From Pelagomonas calceolata (lineage: Eukaryota), in assembly GCA_918797485.1 (NCBI GenBank), contig CAKKNE010000006.1:1054001-1118000 (forward strand): 64,000 nt of DNA, in the 5' to 3' direction. Shown one piece after another: positions 9,850-20,544 of this stretch; the first letter of the stretch is position 1; every line of letters starts with the position of its first letter. The translations under genes and the position numbers were made by a program. A model generated the notes under the pieces. That model was given only the letters and a program-made list of their open reading frames with translations. It made no database searches and was not told where the DNA came from.

Positions 9850-12469
9850 CTAGTCCATCCACTTGAACGGCGGCGGCCGCTCGGCGATGTTCGAGATCGA
9901 CGGCAGGTCCTCCAACTCGTGGAACCGCGCGTCGCAGTGGGCCTCGAAGGCCGTCACGAAGACGAGGCCCGGCGGCACGGGCTCGTCGTCGCCGAAGCCG
10001 CCCGAGACTGGTGGTGTGTTCACTATTTTTGTGATTTTCTCGTCCCTGTCGGAGTCGTCCTCGTAGGACGAGCTATCGCTCAAATCGCCCTTCGGGCAGA
10101 CCAGCGGCCGCTTCTTCTTCGGTTTTGTGGTGTCCTTGACGTCTGAAGATGTTATTCTAGCGCGCGTCTCGGGCTCCTCCGCGTCGCCACATAGAACCGC
10201 GTCGACGCGCCTCTGCACGAACTTCCGCGCCCACTCGAGTTCGACACCCTCACAGCCCTTGCCGCGGAAGGGCGGCGCGTGCATGACCACGAAGTTCGCA
10301 TGTTGCCCTACTTTTCCGACCTCGAGCTCCTCGTCCAGAAAACGCTGTTGCTTCGCGCGTCGAGGGTCGTCGGCGAAAGCTTCATTGGTCATCAATGCCG
10401 CGTTTAGAATAACGAATCTGGCCCCCTTGCGCCACAGACAATAAAAGGACGCGCCGAACTGCGCCTCCCACGCGTCCAGGGCTGCCGGTGTCGGCGCGTC
10501 ACTCAGAGAACAGACGTAGGCCACGGGGATCGCCTCCGAGATGCGCGCCATGGCCTTGCGGAAGAGTACCAAGTTTTCTGACGACGTCGCGAAGGTCCCC
10601 ACCACAAAGACCAATGGCGGCCGTAATCTGTTAATGGCCCGCGTCGCTCGGGATAACTGTGCCAATTCCTGGTCCTTGTCCGTGTAGCCGATCCGAGGAC
10701 CCCCCATGAGACAGAAGGCCGCCGGCTGCTCGTACTGGCCTTCTGTCGAAAAGTCGCATCCTAAGTACGACAACGTATCAACGTCACTCCGCAAAGCCCG
10801 CGCGTCCACGGGACTGTCGAAAAATAACTTGTGGACGTGGGGCTTTTGTAAGGCGCCCAACCTCTCCACATAACGCTTCAGCGTGGCTCGCTCCAACGGT
10901 GACAGGTTCTTGGCTGAAGGCGCGAGTCTCTTCTCTGGAATAGCGTCGGCCTTGCGCATCGCCAAAGCGTCACCGAGCGCTCGCAGTGCAAGTTCCTTCA
11001 ACGTAGCTATTCTCGACGCCGGCCGGTCGCACCTTCTTTCACAATTTGAATACTCGTCGCGCAGGAACTCCGTGTCTCTCAACAACGATAGGTCGCCCCG
11101 CGACCCGGCGCCTAATCTCTGAGCAGGCTCCTTCCTCAACAACGCATCCACGAATCCCAAAGCGGGCGACAGCCGCAAACAAGCCGGGAAGCGGTCGGCC
11201 GCGTTGCCCCGTCGTATTTTCAAAAATGAAAAGTAAGGTGATTGAGCTCGGAACGGACTATGACCGGTCAAGAACACATGCGCGACGACCCCAATGCTCC
11301 ACAGGTCGCTCTCAATCCCCGCATTCAGGGAATCGACGGCCTCGGGCGACATGTATTCTGGAGTCCCCACAAATTCGGGCCCGTTCAACCTAGAATCTTC
11401 GAGGTCCTTCGAGGTCCCGAAGTCGATGAGCTTGACGTGGCCGCGCGCGTCGAGCATCATATTTTCCGGTTTTAGATCTCTATGTACTAAATTGTGCGCG
11501 TGGCAGTGCTCGACGGCATCTATTAACTCGGCGACCCAGCACCGCGCTAACGAGTAGGGGGCTGGTATGCCGGCCTTCGACCCGTCCGCGTTCAAAGTGC
11601 GCGACCACATCTCGCCGCCGGGACATAATTCTAGTAAGAAGTATAGCGTCGCGTAGTCCTGGAAGGTCGCGTGGAGCAGGATGATGTTCGGGTGCGGGTC
11701 GTCACTCAGTCGCTTGAGGGCGGCCTGCGCGGGGGGTCTCGTGATGACGCCATCGCCGCGAGGCGCTGTTCGAACGGCCTCAAAATCAAAAATAAAAACA
11801 GCCCCGACCCGCTCTCCCGGAGACGAGTCGCGTCGACGGCGTAAAACCGCCGCGAGGACGCCGCGTGCGCACCTTCTCCATCTTCACTTCATTATGCACG
11901 TTGGGATGCCTCCTTTTTATTTTATCGACCTGGGCCTTCTCGACGAGCTTGAGGGCGAATCGTTGGGCGTCGCTCTTCCGCGCGACCTCGTAGACGGAGG
12001 AGTAGTTGCCCGTGCCGAGTTCGCCCAAAAACTCGAAATGTTTCGCCGTCGGCGCGCCGCGCGCCTCGTCCCGCTTCTGTTCTACGAGATCTCGCAATTT
12101 TTCGAGCGCTTCTCGTTCCTTTTCCCGTCGGTAATCATCATTCGGTGGCAGGTTCTGAAAGGCTTCGTCTAGACATCTATCCGCAGCATCGTACTGCTTG
12201 TCATCACAAAGAGCTCTGGCTTTGCGGTAGTAGGCCTTGGCGTAGGTCTTATCTAACTGTAAAGCTTCATTGGCGTCATCAATGGCTTTTTGTAGGCGGC
12301 CTATGCGCATCTGCGCGGCCGCTCGATTCGCGTAGAGCACCGCGGACGGTTGGATCCCAATGGCTTTCGTGTACAACGACAAGGCCTCCTGCGGGCGGTC
12401 CTCGTGCAGCGAGCGGTTCGCGTCGTCTTTCAATTGGTCGGCGCGCTTCGCGGCGTCGAGGGCCGCCAT
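9850..12469 (-). CDS. TPR + AGC/PDK1-like Ser/Thr kinase + degenerate calcineurin-like phosphoesterase; exons 12469-11873, 11724-9850
   Basis: TPR motifs (YANRAAA, KAYYRKA) and kinase motifs LGTGNYSSV, ALK, HRDLKPEN, DFG and FVGTPEYMSPE. The C-terminus has a CPPED1-like layout. One intron restores the frame. Confidence 0.88.
11725..11872 (-). mobile_element. Introner-like intron (148 bp, GT-AG)
   Basis: GTGCGCACGCGGCGTC...CGCCGTCGACGCGACTCGTCTCC...GATTTTGAGGCCGTTCG...CCGCGCAG. Removal joins KMEK|AALKRL. Confidence 0.85.
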
Positions 12470-12874
12470 CGCGTTTCTTGTAAATGAGTACGGTGCTTGG
12501 GGTGCTGGCCAAACGAACCGCCTGCAGCGAGAATATGCCCAGCGAAAAGCTACGTGCGGCGTAGATTCAAAAGGGGCACGCGTGCGCCGCGTATGAGTCC
12601 AGCGAGTGTCGAGCTGCGCCTTGTGGCTCTTTGGCCGTGCGCCGTGCTTTCGGCAGCGGTTTGTTAGCTTATGTGGCTGTGGGGCGAGTCGTGCGGCTGT
12701 GGACGGCAAGGATTCCCACCAGCGTGCGCAGATGGCGCGTACGAGTGACAAACTTCGGCGCCGAGACTAGCGTATCGACATACTAGTAATCTGGCTGCCC
12801 GGCCGGCTAGCGCTGCCGAATAGCTCTCATAGGCAGCGTTTACGCCGTCGACGCGATCCCATCGACCGGCGGCC

Positions 12875-13765
12875 ATGCGAGCCCTGCGCGCCTGGCTGCC
12901 CCTCGCCCTCGCCGCACGCGTACGAGCCCGGAGCTACGCCATGGCGCTGGCAGGCTGCAGCAACCAAACCTATCACATGAGCGACTTAGCGACGATCGCG
13001 GGCAGCCAGCGCGGCGTCTGGGAGGAGCTGGGGAGCGTCGTGCCCTGGTGGAGCGTGCTGAGTAGTCCCGAGTTCGACGGCACCAACACCCTTAATGAAG
13101 ATAAAATGCGGACCTTCTACGACACGGGCGAGGAGGCCGTCGCCAAGGCCTTGGCCCGGACGGCGGAAATAGCTCGTACCCACGGCGCGCGCGCGGTCTG
13201 GTCCGGCGGCGGCATTGGGAGTACAGCTATTGATTTTGGCTGCGGTGTCGGGAGGTTGGCGCGGGCCCTCGCAGGGCGCTTCGCGAGCGTCTATTGTGTG
13301 GACCACTCCACGGCCCATCTGGGGCTCGCCGCTCGATCTATACAAGGCCGGGAGGCCTCGCGGCTCCATTACGTGGCGACATCGCAAGCCGGTGCCGAAA
13401 TAATAAATGAGGCCGCGGACTTCGTCTTGTCGCTGCTCTCGTTGCAGCACATGGTGCCCCAGCTGCAGGTCGCGGCTCTCGAGCATTTGTGCGACGCGCT
13501 GCGCGTGGGCGGGCTGGGGCGCGTCCAGCTGCTTACCGGGTATAGCGACTCCCCTTACGTGGAGCGGGACTGTGATTGGAGGTTAGCCGTGGAGGAGCGG
13601 GGCATGCAGCTCCACTTCCTGCCGCTGGACGAGGCGACGCGCCACCTGACGGAGCGGGGCTGCGCCGTGTTGGCGGAGGAGCCGTGCGACGACCACGTGT
13701 CCATCCCCGACCGCGCGTCGACGGCGCACTGCGTGACCTTCGCGAAGGGTAGTGTGGTAAGTTAG
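12875..13765 (+). CDS. Class I SAM-dependent methyltransferase with signal-peptide-like N-terminus
   Basis: Motif I AIDFGCGVGRL, plus VYCVDHS and LQHM. Confidence 0.82.
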   Translation: MRALRAWLPLALAARVRARSYAMALAGCSNQTYHMSDLATIAGSQRGVWEELGSVVPWWSVLSSPEFDGTNTLNEDKMRTFYDTGEEAVAKALARTAEIARTHGARAVWSGGGIGSTAIDFGCGVGRLARALAGRFASVYCVDHSTAHLGLAARSIQGREASRLHYVATSQAGAEIINEAADFVLSLLSLQHMVPQLQVAALEHLCDALRVGGLGRVQLLTGYSDSPYVERDCDWRLAVEERGMQLHFLPLDEATRHLTERGCAVLAEEPCDDHVSIPDRASTAHCVTFAKGSVVS

Positions 13766-13830
13766 AAGACTTGTTAGAAACGAAAGCCCGGGAATCGGGG
13801 CGTAGAAATCAAATTTCGCGTCGTGGGCGG

Positions 13831-14277
13831 TCAGGCGGTGTCCTTCGCCGCCGAGACGACGGGCGGCTCGTCCGCGTCCGGCCCGCCCGCGTCGCACCGG
13901 CGCTGCGCGCCAACCGAGCCGAGGACTGCGGCGAGCGCGGCGAGCGCGAAGAAGAGGCATGCCACGGGGTAGGCCCAATCCCCGGTCCCCATCAACCAGA
14001 GGCCGAATATGGCCGTAAAAATGATGGCCACAACGGCGTTGGTGCAAGCGCACGTCTGCACGCGGCCGCGGTGGCGCCGCTGGCTCTTTGGGTCTGCGTC
14101 GCGCACGACAGCATCCGTGCGCGAAGTAACAGGACGACGTGCCGAGGAGGACGAGCGTGCCGACGATCAATAAATACTCTGTGCAGGGACCACTTGCCAG
14201 AAGGGGAAGCAGTTCCACACGGCCCGCGCCGGCCGCGGCGCGGCGGCGAGGAGGAGGGCCGTCGCGTAGCGGCCCAT
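13831..14277 (-). pseudogene. Possible small membrane protein, interrupted
   Basis: A signal-like MGRYATALLLAAA and C-terminal TM helices share one frame but are separated by a stop. A third hydrophobic segment lies in another frame between them. Confidence 0.3.
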
Positions 14278-14697
14278 TAATCAGGAGCACTCGCCAGGCG
14301 TCGATCCGGTCCTCGCACGTGGATATCTGCAGCTTTATAACGTCGCGGTAGCCTGAAGGTAGGTTTTGCCCGACCAGCCTTGCCAAAGCTCTCAGGATGC
14401 GCAGAGCAAAAGTTTGAAAATCCGGTGGAGAGGTCTCTCCCACCAACGAGCGAGCGCTCGCGACGCGCAACGGCGGCTCCCGGGCGCGGAAATGCGGGGA
14501 CACTAGTCGCTTGAGGCAGTGGCGTCACAGCTCCGGTGCTCTCGCACTGTTGGTGAGACGGCCCCCGCGCGCCACGCAGCCGGGACCACCAACGCCGCCG
14601 GCGCGGCAGAGCAACCCCACGCCCCGGGGCCGCGGGCCGCAGAACATTTTGAATCCGTTGGCTGCCCCACTGGCGCCAAACTCAAGCACCTCGCCCC

Positions 14698-14973
14698 ATG
14701 GCCAGCACGAGCGACCGCAGCGCGTCGCCGCCGTCTCCTGTGCGCGTCTCCGCGGCGACGACGCCCCTGCCGGACCGCCCGCGCCGGCCTAGCGACGGCA
14801 GGGGCCGCGTTGACGAGTTGCCCGCGGAACAACGCGCGCGTCTGCGGGACCTGCTCTTCGTAGCGGGCGGCCTCGAGCCCGACGCCTTGAAACGTGTATC
14901 TACAAGTACGTCGTCCGACGACTCGGACGACGAGGTCTTTGTCAAGCCTCGAAAACGGCGACTCGAGAGGTGA
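14698..14973 (+). CDS. Small hypothetical protein (91 aa) with acidic tract and NLS-like KPRKRR
   Basis: ATG ORF with host-like codons. Confidence 0.45.
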   Translation: MASTSDRSASPPSPVRVSAATTPLPDRPRRPSDGRGRVDELPAEQRARLRDLLFVAGGLEPDALKRVSTSTSSDDSDDEVFVKPRKRRLER

Positions 14974-15020
14974 CGCCGCCGCTCGTCGCCCCCCTTGTCT
15001 GTACCGCTCGTCTAATAACC

Positions 15021-15713
15021 TTATCTTAATCTATCGGAGGCGGCGTAGAGCGCGCCCACGACCACAACACAGCGTAATAATGCCTCGGGCCGCGTCATAA
15101 CCATGGAGACGACGTTGCCGAGCGACTGCAGCGCCGACACGAGGGCCAGCAGCGTCCAGGGGTTCGCGCGGAAGACCGATACCAGGCGCGTCAGCAAGGA
15201 CCCGTCGCCCGCGAACATCGCCCGAAACAGCTCCGCCTCGTCGGAATAGGCCCCGTAATTGTAGGTCGTCTCCGACGACGCACCGTCCTCGCCGAAGCGT
15301 ACGTTCCGCCCGTCCTGGAGCGCGGCGTAGGCCGCCGACACGCGCTTGAAGGCCTCCTCGGCGTGCGGTGCCCGGCACTTGTCGGGGTGGAGGCGCAGCG
15401 CGAGCCGCCGGTACGCCTTCTTGCAGGCGGCCGGCGACGCGCCTCTCTCTACACCGAGCGCTTCGTACGCGTCGGCGGCGGCGAGCGCTCGCTCAATGGC
15501 CGCGGCGACGTCTTGGGGCACGTCGGCCGCCGGCGCCGGCGCCGCGGCCGGCGCCGGCGCCCGCGGTGCCGCCGCCCGCTCGCGCAGCAAGACGCGCACG
15601 CGGTCCGCGAGCTCCTTCTTCTCCGTCGCGTGCGCGCAGGTCGCGTCGTTGCGCGCCGCCAGGAAGGCCCTCAGTTCGCGCACGGACCACTGCCCCGGGT
15701 CTTCCTGCGGCAT
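15021..15713 (-). CDS. DnaJ (J-domain) protein with C-terminal hydrophobic segments, DNAJB12-like
   Basis: [33 protein letters not shown]. Confidence 0.88.
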   Translation of the reverse strand: MPQEDPGQWSVRELRAFLAARNDATCAHATEKKELADRVRVLLRERAAAPRAPAPAAAPAPAADVPQDVAAAIERALAAADAYEALGVERGASPAACKKAYRRLALRLHPDKCRAPHAEEAFKRVSAAYAALQDGRNVRFGEDGASSETTYNYGAYSDEAELFRAMFAGDGSLLTRLVSVFRANPWTLLALVSALQSLGNVVSMVMTRPEALLRCVVVVGALYAASDRLR

Positions 15714-16113
15714 ACCGATCACCGGCAATCAATTACACGCGTCGGTGGCGTCGAGGCACCATCGATGATGCGTTCGGGCAGCACTCACCGCTGCCAATTC
15801 CTTTGGCTGTGTGATCTCAGCTCGTCTGGGAGGCTAGTAGGTCAATTGATTTTACCCACCGCTCCGCTCGATAGCTCCGAAAGAAGGTCCCTTCTAGGCA
15901 TGACTACTTAAAAAACTAGACATAGACATACTAGCGCAGTCCAGCTCGAGCTCCTTCGCGCTATAAAATTAGAAGGCCTGGAGTGCGTGTGTGGCGCTGG
16001 TGCAAGCCGCAGCGCGCGCAGGAACACCAGTTTCAATACCGTGACCGCTGCGCCGTGCCGCGGCCCCAGCAAGGCGCTCCCTGGAAGTGACCCTTAGGAC
16101 ACCTGGCACAGCC

Positions 16114-19100
16114 ATGGCGGACGCCGCGGCCGAGAAGCGCGCGGCGAACAAGTTCTCGCGCCAGAACGCCGCGCTAGGAGCGGAAACCACAAAATTCCTG
16201 CGCGAGGCCAAGGTCCTCGTCGTCGGCCTGCGCGGCGCCGGCATCGAGCGGCGCACGAATCAAATTTAGGCGCCTGCACACCCGCCTCACCGGTCGATTC
16301 GCACAGGCGTCGAGACGGCGAAGAACTGCTTGTTGCAGGGCGTCGGCCACTTATCACTCTATGACCCGAAGCCCTGCGCCGAAAGTGACAGAGGTGCCAA
16401 TTTCTTTATCGGCGCGCCGGACGTCGGCCGGCCGAGGGACCAGGTCTGCGCGCCGCGCTTGCAGGAACTCAATCCTGATGCTGTCGTCCACGTCGCCGAG
16501 GCGTTGGACGAAGACTTGGTGGAGTCGTGTACTTGTGTCGTTTTCACAGATGGTGTCAATAGAGCGGAATTAGTAAGGTGGAACGAGTTCTGCCGGTCCC
16601 GCATGACGGACGTCGTGGACGAGCGCGGCGTTTCTATGACCGTAGCGGCACCGATCAGTTTTGTGTGGGCGGTCTGTGCCGGGTTATGTCTGTCGATTTT
16701 CGTGGACCATGGGGATCAGTTCGAGTGCCGCGACGCCGACGGTGAAAGGCCTGTGGTGAGATTGGTGGAGTCGATCTCATGTGAAAAACAAGGTTTGGTA
16801 CGATACGCCGTGCCCGACGGCGTGCCCGCGACGTCGCCGCCGGTCGACTCGTTGTACGCCTTTTCTGATGTGCAGGGGTGCTGCGGGTCTGCTCTAGGAG
16901 GTAGTGGGTTGAACGACTGCGCCCCCTTCCCTTTTACTACCAACAGTGGAGACCCGGCGAACTCCTTTAGAATTGGGGACACTACTTCGTTGTCACCTTA
17001 TGAGGGAGGTGGTCTCATCACGGAAACGAAACGACCGAAAACACTACGCTTTAGAAGCTTAGGTGAGCGGTTAGTAGCGCCCGGCACGCCTTTTGGGAGT
17101 GACGGAATACCGATGACCGATTACACGTTTTCGGGCAAGGAGGCGCAGGTCCACGCCGGTCTTGTTGGATTGATGGAGTTCGAAGCCAGTCAAAAGAGAC
17201 TGCCCAACGCGAACGACGAGCAAGATGCCGAAGATGTTTTGTCTGCGGCAAAAACGTATGCGGCCGCGTGTCAAGTTTTGAACACGGCGACGGCCGACGG
17301 CGCGAAGGCGCTGGACGTCACGATTGATGAGTCTGTAGTGAGAGCCTACGCGAGGCACGCGTCCGTGGAGTTGCAGCCCGTGGCGACGTTCGCGGGCGGC
17401 GTCGTGGCCCAAGAGGTCGTCAAAAGGTCCGGAAAATACACGCCGATTGATGGCTTCGCGCACTTTGCGTTTCTCGAGACGATGCCCGATCCCCCTCCAG
17501 CCTTAGCTGATCGGGCGCCGCGCGGTGACAGGTATGACGACCTCGCGGCGGTGTTTGGGAGAAGCTTCGTCGAGAAGCTCGGTGATTTGACTTATTTTTT
17601 AGTTGGAAGCGGTGCTTTAGGCTGCGAGTTCGTGAAGAACTTTGCGCTGTGTGGCGTGTGTTGCGGTCCGGAAGGTTCGCTCACGATTGCCGATGCGGAT
17701 CGCATCGAGCTATCGAACCTCACGCGACAGTTTCTGTTCCGAGAACACAACGTGGGCCAGTCGAAAGCGCTAGCGGCGGCGGCCATGGCGACGAATCCGG
17801 GAGGACGCACGCGCGCGCCGCCCATGAACGAACATTTGAAAGTGACGTGTCATGAAGCGTACGTCGGACCCGCGACCGAGGTAAGCCCGTTCACGGACGA
17901 GTTCTGGGAGGGTTTGGACGGCGTCTGCAACGCCTTGGACAACATGGAGGCGCGGTTCTACGTCGACAAGGCCTGCGTGACCTTCGAGAAGAGCCTGTTG
18001 GAGTCGGGCACGATGGGTACTTCGGGGAACGTGCGATCTCCGCGTTTTGAGGTGTTGCGGTGCCTTCACTTTGTTGGTGTGACTCGTGTGCATCTCACTT
18101 CCATGAGAGTGGTTTCTTTGTCGAATTTGAGTGAATTCGGACCGAACCGCAATGCTCCGCGCAGGTCGACCCCGTCGTGCCGCATAAAACAAAAACTTAC
18201 AGAGAAGGAGGTAATGCGGCGGAGGGCCAGGGCGTGCCCATGTGCACTTTGCGGAACTTTCCCCATCTCATTGATCATTGCATCGAGTGGGCTCGCGATA
18301 AATTTGCCGAGTTGTTTGAAAAACCGCAACGGCGCGTCAAGAAGTTCTGTTCAGAGCCGCAGGCTACCTTGACCGATTTACAGCGGAGATTGGAGTCCAG
18401 CGATCCGGCGGATGTGGAAGGTGCGTCGGCCGAAGCGTTGTTGCTGTGGCAGGCGTTGGAGGTCGCCACTGCACCATTAGAACAAAGGCGACAGTTATGT
18501 GCTCAAAGATGTTATGATGCGTTCCACGGCTTTTTTCGGGATCAAATTTGCGATCTCATACGGGCCTATCCCAAAGATGCGAGAGTGATGAAAAATGGCC
18601 AGGACAAGGGCCCGTTCTGGTCCGGCCACAAGCGCTTCCCCACGGCGGCCACTTACGGCGACGACGCGGACCAGTGGCGCTTTCTGGTGAGCGCGACGCA
18701 CATCCTGGCGCAGAGCATGGGCGCGCAGCCTCGTAAAACGGAGGGCGACGACGACTACGCTTCTTCCGAGAGGAATGAGGTCTTTGCCGCTTCCGTGGCC
18801 CAGACTTGTGTCATCCCGCCGTACATCCCGGGCACCGTCGACAAGGACATCGAGGGCGACACTTCTGATGTAGCGACGCCGGACAATTCGGTAGATGTGG
18901 CCCGATCAAAGGGTTTGGAAGCCTTGCAGCGCCTGTCTTCCGTAAATCTCACTTCGGTAGATGTGGAACCGGCCGACTTCGAGAAAGATGACGACTACAA
19001 CTTCCACGTGCGTTTTCCGTGTCTTACGTGACGCGGTCGCCGCGCCGCCGTCGTCACGAGCCCACGAGTGATATCACACAGATCGACTTCGTCACGGCCT

Positions 19101-20101
19101 GCGCGAATTGTAGGGCCAGGAACTACGCCATCCCGCCGACCGACTTCGACAAAGCGAAACTCACGGCTGGTCGGATCATCCCCGCGATCGCGACCACCAC
19201 GGCCGCCGTGACGGGTTTGGTATTGCTCGAAATGTTCAAGATCCTCCAGGACAAGCCCGCGACGGATTTAAGAACAAGACAGGTCGGCCTCGCGCTGAAT
19301 TACTACCCGTCCTTCGACGCCGACAATTTGGTCACGTTCAAGACGAAGGACGTGCGCTCGCGGCGTCCTGTGGTGTCTTCACTTTGTCGCTGGGACTCGT
19401 ATCATGTTGTGGGTGGTTTCTTTTGCGATTTTGAGTCCGCGCAGGTGAAGACGAAGCCCGACGCCGTGTCTCTGCCGGAGCAGGCCTTCGACGCGAAGGG
19501 CGACATCAAGCCCGAGTTCTACGAAGTTACGACGATTGTAGCTTATCCGGAAGGGCACTCGGTCTGGTCGAAAATTGAGCTTCCCGAGGGTGCTGCGGAC
19601 TGGAAGGTCGCCGACCTGAAGGCCTGGTTGTCGGACGAGCACAAGCTTTCATTAACAGCCTGGAACCTGCCTTGCGGCGAGGTGACGGATTCGGATGGGG
19701 AGAAACGAGCTGTCAGTGCTAGAGTGTATCCCGCGCCGGTCGCGGTGGATCTGCGGAAGCTGCCTTCTCTAGAACTCTCAAAACCCCAGGCCATGATGGC
19801 CCTGCAGAAGCAGCGCGTGGGCGGGCTCATGATGAAGTACCTGAGCGAGTGGAGCAGATACAAGCAGCTCGGGTCCTTACCGGACAACATCCCGGAGCCC
19901 GAAAGAAGTACGGCGGAGATGACGCTCCGAGAGATCCTGGAGGTCAAGGGCAAGATGCAGCTCGGCCACAAGCGCCGCGTGATTTTAGATGGGCTGTCGT
20001 GCTCGGTCACGCGGGCCTCGCCCTCGGCGATGGACACGGACGAGCCGACCGAGGAGGAGTTCGACGTCGAGAAGCTCGCGCCGGTGCTGCTGAAGCTCTA
20101 G
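16114..20101 (+). CDS. UBA1: Ubiquitin-activating enzyme E1; exons 16114-16240, 16307-18030, 18165-19007, 19082-19351, 19445-20101 (~1206 aa)
   Basis: FSRQ, GLRGAGVETAKN, VGSGALGCE, IELSNLTRQFLFR, catalytic VPMCTLRNFP, FEKDDD and AGRIIPAIATTTA. Confidence 0.93.
16241..16306 (+). mobile_element. Eroded TIR-family introner, GC-AG intron (66 bp)
   Basis: TSD GCATCGAG / GCGTCGAG. The 3' end ACCGGTCGATTCGCACAG resembles the TIR. It contains an in-frame stop, so it must be spliced. Confidence 0.8.
18031..18164 (+). mobile_element. Introner-like intron (134 bp)
   Basis: GTGCGATCTCCGCGTTTTGAGGTGTTGCGGTGCCTTCAC...GCTCCGCGCAG. Restores GTSGN|VDPVVP. Confidence 0.85.
19008..19081 (+). other. Intron (74 bp, GT-AG), weak family similarity
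   Basis: Restores DYNFH|IDFVTA. Ends in CACACAG. Confidence 0.8.
19352..19444 (+). mobile_element. Introner-like intron (93 bp, in-frame, stopless)
   Basis: GTGCGCTCGCGGCGTCC...GGGACTCGTATCATGTTGTGGGTG...CCGCGCAG. Shares this module with intron 42262-42492. Confidence 0.78.
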
Positions 20102-20138
20102 GCGTTTGCCCCTCCCGTGGACTAACTTTGATCTAGTC

Positions 20139-20309
20139 TTACTTTCGTGCCTCATGGCGTTGTCGTACCGCTCGCAAAGCCTGCTCAATCCTAACTGCGG
20201 TCGGGTGCGCGGCGCCGAGCACGCGCCGCGCGATCCGGTCCGTGTCCTCGAGCGTCGTCAAGGCTTCGCGGAGGTCGTCGAGCGTGGCGCCGTCGGCTTG
20301 GATCCGTTT
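20139..20309 (-). pseudogene. 3' relic of MYND/TPR family gene
   Basis: Translates ADGATLDDLREALTTLEDTDRIARRVLGAAHPT..*, matching the C-terminal repeat of the 28890-30212 gene. No start or N-terminus. Confidence 0.65.
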
Positions 20310-20334
20310 ACAAATCTGCTTGTGGCCGCGGCGC

Positions 20335-20523
20335 CAGTGGTCATACGCACAGTGCCTCTACCAAAACGCCGGCGCGTCCCGCAGCGACCTGACCGAGGCG
20401 ATCGCACAGCTCGAGGACCTCGACAAACGAATGACCCGTACATACGGAGCCGCCCACCCGCAGACAGGTTACACCCGCCACTGCTTAGCGGAGGCACGAG
20501 TGAAGCTCGCCCTCACAGCATAA
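20335..20523 (+). pseudogene. Second 3' relic of MYND/TPR family gene
   Basis: YAQCLYQNAGASRSDLTEAIAQLEDLDKRMTRTYGAAHPQT..*. Confidence 0.55.
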
Positions 20524-20544
20524 GTAGCGCTAAGCAAAACTAAA

